A stretch of DNA of 64,000 bases. Origin: Phoronis australis (taxonomy: Eukaryota; Animalia; Phoronida). Positions 52,701-64,000 of this stretch are shown in pieces. The stretch spans positions 434,001 to 498,000 of the forward strand of contig NMRA01000140.1 of NCBI GenBank assembly GCA_002633005.1. The letters run 5' to 3'. The notes under the pieces were generated by a model, which was not told the DNA's origin, searched no databases, and was given only the letters and a program-made list of their open reading frames with translations. The position numbers were made by a program, and so were the translations under genes. Every line of letters starts with the position of its first letter. Position 1 is the stretch's first letter.

Positions 52701-55700
52701 TTGAGAGCTCTTGGCACTCGCTTTGCTGAACACACTGGCAAATTTAGCAATTCTTTTTGTCCCAAATTGAAGATTTTTTTTACCATGATAATTACGTCAG
52801 ACCAAGCTCAACTCAATTAACATAGCAGCGTCGAATCCTTCCCGTAAAAGTAACTGATGAACTCCATTTATTTCATTCTTTTATCATGCATGAAATGCTG
52901 ACTACTGCATTGCAAAAAATAATAAAGGGTTCTTCATAGATCCCACGGTGGTTTCAAAAGATTGTTTTGCACGGGGCTTCTGTCAGCAGATAACTCTTGG
53001 CTTCCGGAGAAACGATCAGTTTGTTATTGCTTGGGAACATACTCTGCGCAAATGTTGACCAAATCGATAAGCTTAGTCTTGAGTAGTGTGAACTTCTCAA
53101 GAGTAAAAATGACCGAGAGTTTAAAGAAAAAGTTGGGGTCAATTATCTACAACTTACAGTAAATTAAGAATTTAGTATTTCATAGAAGAGTGTCTTTGTT
53201 ATGGCTTTAAAGAGGCCAGGAATGTGAAAAACATACTAAATTGCATTATTCACAGTGATTCTCCGCCACTGAAACCGAATTCAACTTGTTCACCAAATAT
53301 TTTTACAGTTTGCTCGTAAAGATTTTGAATTTATGTTGATATCAAAGAATTTCTTGTTTAATTAGTTTCAAACTTAAAAAAAAAAAACAATCTGTCAGCT
53401 GCTCGTCACTTTGCTGATTTTCCTCCCTCATGGCAAGACAGACAGAGCACATTTCCCTTATATGGAAAATGTGACCCTTGACATTTAATGAAAACAAAAC
53501 AATCATTGTTGGGAGACCTCAAGCAGCAGTATGATTAAGAGAGAATTGGTGTTTAAAATTAGTTACAAAGGTATTCAAACACATTCTAAAATTCACTTGG
53601 AATTCTCTTTGGGAAATCTCTTGTTTTACTGGCATGTCACATACTGTGGTATTGACTTCAGATTCGCAGTGCAATAACACATGACAATCTGCTTAATACC
53701 CTTCTTGTCAGTCAACTGTTTGTCGAATGACTGTGTGAGTGTGTGACACATTTATCAGAAGTGGGAGGAAGATTAGAAACTCTGTGGTCACTACAGAGTT
53801 TTTCCTTCGCGTGTACTTAAAAAATCTTGAATTTCATGATATTTCGTAGTAATTCCTTCACAGGGTAAAGTGAATGACTGTGTAATAGATGTTGAAGATG
53901 CTACTTTTGTCAGGAATTGTTTAAAAGATATTTTTTATGAGCTTTCACGTCCCATACCTTTTTGAATTTTTAAGTGTAGCGTAATGTTTCTAATCTTGAA
54001 TGGAAGACCACGTCTTTGCTACAATCGTGACCTTGAGATAAAACAAATGCCATGATCCATAACAATCCTCATGATAGTGCACAACTCCCTTGCACAAACC
54101 AAAACAATTTCCATGATACATTAACCTCACCTGCCAAACTTGTTAGCCAAAAAGCCAGCCACCAATCCACCTAACATTCCACCAATGGCAAATATGGCCA
54201 CAGTAAGAGCCCACAGCCAGGCCATGAGGTCAGTGTTCACCCAATCACCCGTGGCATTGTGCTGTGACTCATTGATGAATTGTTTGATGAGCTAGAACAG
54301 ATTAAAAGGTAAATCATATGAAATTCTTAGCTGCCAACAGTGAAAAAATGGGACATCAGGATCGAGACCATGATGTGGCCGGTAAAGTGAGGAAGTTAGC
54401 TTCAAACTCGAACAAAAATAATTGTCATGCAAAACTTTAATTTTCTGTTTTTTAAAAGCTAAATGTATTGTTAAATATGCTAACTCTTTGAATAAATTGA
54501 AGAAAGTTTACCAATGCCAATTTTTGTTTTGTGCCAACTACATCAAATTGGGCCAGTTAAATTCTCTACACCAATTAAAAGGCAATGCAAATCATAACAC
54601 GAAATGTTCATGATAGCATCTCAGGGGTTACAGGGACAATAAACTTGAAACGCTTTTATCAGCGATTTCAATTAATAGTTTACTACCCATGCGGTGTTGT
54701 AGGGGGAATAAACATGGTAATTACGTCTGTTCTGGCAATTCAGTTCTTGCACACTTTGGTGGCGCTGCAAATATGATTGTTGTTTAAGGCACAACGCCTC
54801 GTTTTAGCATCAATTTTAACAATGCAGACGTGAAAGTATGCGGGTTCCAAACATGCAGAACCATTGCAGTTAGGACATAACGCCTCGTTTTCAAGTACGA
54901 TGGCGAATTCGTGTAAGTAGCGAATAGAACTTGACCTATATTGTGAAATCGCATGTTACTGGCCAAACAAAGGTTTGTGTTTTCTCAGGAATTTCCACCA
55001 ACCCGAAAATGAGGCGAGGTTTTTCGGGTCGTTCTATCACGACCAAAACGTGTTATTTGTTATAAACGTGTCTTAGACAAAAGGTGATACACATTCTTAG
55101 AGAAAAGTAACAAGAAGGCAGGCCAAGAATTGCCCCAATACACTTGCCTTACCTTAAAATCCAACTGGTGCCTGCTGGTTTGGTAATTGACCCAATTATG
55201 TTGCACACCCAGCAGAATTAATGAGGAACATAATACAAACATTTTAAGTTGTTTCTTGCCCGACTTTCAAATTTCAAAAACCAAACCTCATGTATCCTTC
55301 ACGAACTATTCAAATATGCTACCAAAAAACTTTAAAAACAAAAATTTGCAGTTGAAAATACTATGGTTCTGACTTTACAGAGGAATGATAATATCAGCAG
55401 GCTGAAGTGATGCAATTAAGTATATTAAAATACAACAGCTAGTATGGTGTCTTTGGTCAATGCCTGCAGAATTTTAGGTAAAGAAGCCAATCAGTTTTCC
55501 CAGTCTCAAACGGTGAGTGTCAACGTAGGATTCTTTTCATATTTTACGTCATTTGGTAAAATTTTGATCACTTTTTGTATCAACATCGTATTAAGTTTTA
55601 AAAAATGGCGATTTTTACTATATGTATGTTAAAAATGAAGAATATTTACTTTTGTCTTTTTAGTGTGTAACTGGTGAATATAACTTACATCTTCTGGTGC

Positions 55701-58513
55701 ATTAACTACACCGAGGTTGTATCCAAACTGAAACGATGTTCCTATGACACAAGCGCCAAATGCCAGAGCTAGCCGGCCTGTGAATCCTCCCTGAAACATG
55801 CATCAAGAGATATTATTTAGTAAATTGTTTAAAGGGAGATAATTCCATTGTACGCACCTTGGAACACCTGAGGGTAGTTGCATGCTATGTTTGATAGGAT
55901 AATGCAGCTGGACAGGAATACTCAAACTTTTCGAGAGACGACACAAAAAGGGTGGACACATACAGTAATTTTTCATTTATTTTCCACAAAAATAACATCG
56001 CCTAAACCGTCATTTTCCATTTTTCAAACGCTTGTTAGCAAGTTTACTGCAAATAATGGAAAATTTACTGACAGCTGTAACCAATGATATCTGCATAGCA
56101 CAAAACATGGACTAAAATTTCCTTAATCTTCCATTTAGCAGAGAAATTTGTCAAAATAGAATTTCAATTGTGACAGCCCCATTGTGTGCTAAATGACTGA
56201 AGAATTACTGTAGGTATAGCTTCCATGAAAACAACATTCATTCCAGTTTATCATATCCAACGTCTTTGTTCCAATCACCATAGTAAGGAATTGAAATGGA
56301 AAGGCAACCTTAAACAGATTAGCTCTGGCCGCGAAGTGCAGTACCCAGACTCTAAGTAGCACCTCCCATAATATTGACACCCTCTATAGGAGCTGTCAGT
56401 ACCAGGCACATTTCGAACTTACAGAACACTGCAAAAGTATTGACAAAATGACTCTGATTTCCTGTCTAGACAATTGGGTGGAAGCTATAAATTCCTCGTC
56501 AGAGACCGAGAATGGAAAAACAAGAAACTCATAGAGATGACTAAGCCACTCGGTAATTTGAATTTTTACAGATTTAAAGTCCCTACCAGTCATTTTTGCT
56601 GTTAAAGGTTATGTAGGCCTCCAGAAAATGTCCAATTTAGACCAGTTTTGGAACATCACATCTCAAAAATGTTTGATTGGGTTCACATGAAACTTTCAGA
56701 CACTGCCTTATGCACTGTTCTCCAAAACGCTTTTAGGAACTGTTTTCAAAATATTCCACTCTGGCATGAGGGGCTCCAAAAATACGACTGATATAATTTT
56801 TATGAAAAAAAAAATTAAGTTGCATAAAATGAAAATGAATCAATAATTTGAAAAACTGAAAAAGTTTTTGGGATTATATTGTGAACATTAATATCTTATG
56901 AAATTTGCTCATGTTATTGATCCTGTTGTTTTCAGTGGCAGATTTAGAGGGGAGCCAAGGGAGCCATGGCCCCCCCCCCCTAAAACTTTCCCACATTCCA
57001 TGTGGCAGTTCAGGGGTGCGAATGTCTGATGGGCAAAACCTGGCTAATACTCTGTCCTAGCCCCTCCTAAATAAAAATCCTGGACCCGACCCTGGTTTTG
57101 CTATGAATATAACTTTCTTTTTTCATCAGATTAAAGTTTACTGACCTAATTAATGCCACATAAAGTCAACAATCAAATTCAGTTTTACAGAATTTCTACT
57201 TTTAGAAAATGAATACTTTTGCTGAGTTAAATTAAATAGATTTGTAGATGCTAGTTTTCATTATTTGCTGAAATTTTGTCTTTCAATGAAATTTCTTCAA
57301 AATAAAGTGGAACCATCTCAAAATCTCAGTAAGAAATAGAGTACTATGCACTGAACCAGCCAAACAGACTCTGGTTCTACCGAATGTTTTAATTTTGTTT
57401 TGCATGATTTCATTATAATGAATGTTTGGTGAACATTACAAATTAGCACATCATAGGAATAAAGTTAGTTGTGAAACATCAACACAACGAATATCAAAAT
57501 TAAAATGAATTTGAAATTACAATCAACAGTTTTAATTAGCTCAGAATTTCCCATACCTATGTAGTTATTGTATTAGTGTAGTTCTACCACACAATACCAC
57601 TATTCATTGTCAGGGGATTAATACAATAATTCAACTGATAAGACTGATCTACAAAGCATAATTATGAAATGGCCATGAATCCTCAGTATATGATTAATAA
57701 TCTCTGTCTATGTAATCACTGACTTAAGGGCCTTATCAATATCAACATGAATACCTGGAATGTGTGCCTTATGAACTGAACCACAGCAATGAAGGTGAAC
57801 AGCTACAACTAAATTTACTCAATGTAGCAAATCTTTTTGATAGTATACATGTAATATACTTTCCTTTCCTGTTTTTATAATAATTCAGCAGTGTTGTTTC
57901 AGCAAAATCTGGATGAGAAGGGAAGGCATTTTTCCCGTCACTCATAACTTTGGTTAATTTTCCCAACCCACCATAACATAACCATTTACGGTAGTCACTT
58001 TGGAATCAGATGTAACCATCTGTAGTTTTCTTTATGGGTCATCTGAAATACTAGCAATTGTTGAAGTTCTGCTATTCCAACCAACCAGAACCTGATTGCT
58101 TACAAAAACAACCCACCATTGTTTAATCTATTCAGTATTGTAATAGTGCAATACAGTTTGATGCTGCAATAATACAGCTGTATGCTGAATTGGACTAACC
58201 CATACAGAAATATCAATTCTCAGTTACTTTGATCTTCGCAAAAACATTCCACATCCCCCCATTCAAATTTGAATAAAACAAGGCTGTATTTTCTGTTGGA
58301 CATACAGCACCAAAGACAAGGTGCCTGTGACTGTGAATCACCGATTCATGATTGATTGACAATGCAACAGTAACTAACTCCAAGGGCAGCGGTCATGATA
58401 CGTACGTGGAATACCTGACTTACCCCAGGGGTGATTACGTCTGTATCAGATTTGTCGACGTTGATCGCACCGTACTGCCGGGTACTGTTTGTTCTAGTTA
58501 AACTTCTCAACAT
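40730..58513 (-). CDS. Facilitated glucose/hexose transporter, SLC2A (GLUT1-4-like), 12 exons, 507 aa
   Basis: Exons (minus strand): 58424-58513, 55689-55790, 54131-54291, 52483-52607 and 52048-52218 (or their duplicates 49367-49491 and 48924-49094), 47998-48105, 46360-46448, 45605-45703, 44460-44672, 43654-43729, 42463-42590, 40730-40891. Phases are consistent, total 1524 nt. Motifs: [62 protein letters not shown]. Confidence 0.93.
42712..42940 (+). mobile_element. Penelope-like element 3' remnant (GIY-YIG C-terminus plus decayed hammerhead core)
   Basis: Frameshifted [28 protein letters not shown] resembles the WFERGVKEAI..PSLNRGGG...LS C-terminus of Penelope endonucleases. It is followed by CTGAAGA (42895-42901) and an aggg/ccct stem lacking GAAA. 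Confidence 0.5.
44376..44466 (-). repeat. 53-bp tandem duplication of the SLC2A exon-9 donor region
   Basis: ctcact(g/t)aatagtgat(a/g)gtgctgc(c/t)acctacagttaaa occurs at 44376 and 44429. Confidence 0.75.
46533..47410. repeat. 42-bp AT-rich minisatellite, ~21 copies, in SLC2A intron 6
   Basis: Unit gtaaa(c/g)atagaataactgacta(t/c)taaataatgtatagttact. It explains the repetitive ORFs between 46469 and 47553. Confidence 0.95.
48215..53821. repeat. Near-identical tandem duplication (48215-51328 / 51330-53821) containing SLC2A exons 4-5, joined at a single N
   Basis: Both copies start taagttaaaaacaaaattattg and end cgcgtgtacttaaa. N at 51329. ORF pairs are duplicated. The first copy has ~620 extra bp (49619-50241). 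Confidence 0.92.
49926..49983 (-). mobile_element. MITE family A, truncated copy 4
   Basis: ggggctgtagccctcactttttttctgtgctgtgcggcccacg is the reverse complement of the family-A left half. Confidence 0.5.
56933..57094 (+). mobile_element. MITE family C (CAGTGGCGGAT...ATCCGCCCCTG-like), 5-bp TSD GTTTT
   Basis: gtttt|cagtggcagatttagaggggagccaagggagccatggccc ... aaatcctggacccgaccctg|gtttt. Confidence 0.7.
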
Positions 58514-58653
58514 CTTGGACTCCTACTATACAGCCTCTACAAAAAACATTACCAAAACACTGGCGCCGTCTTCTGTATTCAAAGTCACATGACAATCATG
58601 TGGTATGCAAAAACTAAAGAGGGAGCCACATAACGAGAATATTTATTTCCAAT
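58514..58653. promoter_or_regulatory. Very compact bidirectional promoter SLC2A/POLR2D
   Basis: Only 140 nt lie between the divergent ATGs. Central GTCACATGAC (58584-58593) is E-box/CLEAR-like. A YY1-like AATATGGC overlaps the POLR2D ATG. Confidence 0.7.

Positions 58654-64000
<5,347 letters not shown>

Noticed and set aside
50459-53162. Duplicated 62-66-aa ORFs as small paralogous genes
   Set aside because: Intronic sequence repeated only because of the 48215-53821 duplication, with no coding features.
58411-58445. U1 snRNA 5' end (atacctgacttaccccagggg)
   Set aside because: It is the antisense of the SLC2A exon-1 donor (GGG|gtaagtcaggtat). The rest of U1, including the Sm site, is absent.

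Overview
Eukaryotic, AT-rich, intron-containing genomic DNA. An invertebrate animal, probably a non-vertebrate deuterostome, is inferred from intron positions and repeat style and is not proven. Six protein-coding genes were reconstructed by hand from GT-AG splice sites and reading-frame phases: (1) a 5'-incomplete FAM167/LURAP-like coiled-coil gene (+, 2501-4096); (2) INTS11/CPSF3L (-, 17 exons, 598 aa); (3) CPTP/GLTPD1 (+, 2 exons, 230 aa), head-to-head with INTS11; (4) an achaete-scute-type bHLH gene (-); (5) a GLUT/SLC2A sugar transporter (-, 12 exons, 507 aa); (6) POLR2D/RPB4 (+, runs off the window), head-to-head with the transporter. Introns and intergenic DNA hold many small non-autonomous DNA transposons (5-, 6-, 8- and 9-bp TSDs), a Tc1/mariner relic, Penelope-type relics and two minisatellites. 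The most notable signals are a tRNA-headed, hammerhead-core element with 89-bp inverted repeats (27.5-27.9 kb), a 109-bp triplication of the INTS11 exon-6 3' half that could allow an in-frame H157N swap, and a minisatellite apparently derived from a transposon TIR tip. Single Ns at 51329 and 60942 mark probable assembly joins. The SLC2A exon 4-5 duplication across 51329 is probably a haplotype artefact. No CRISPR, rRNA or intact tRNA was found.
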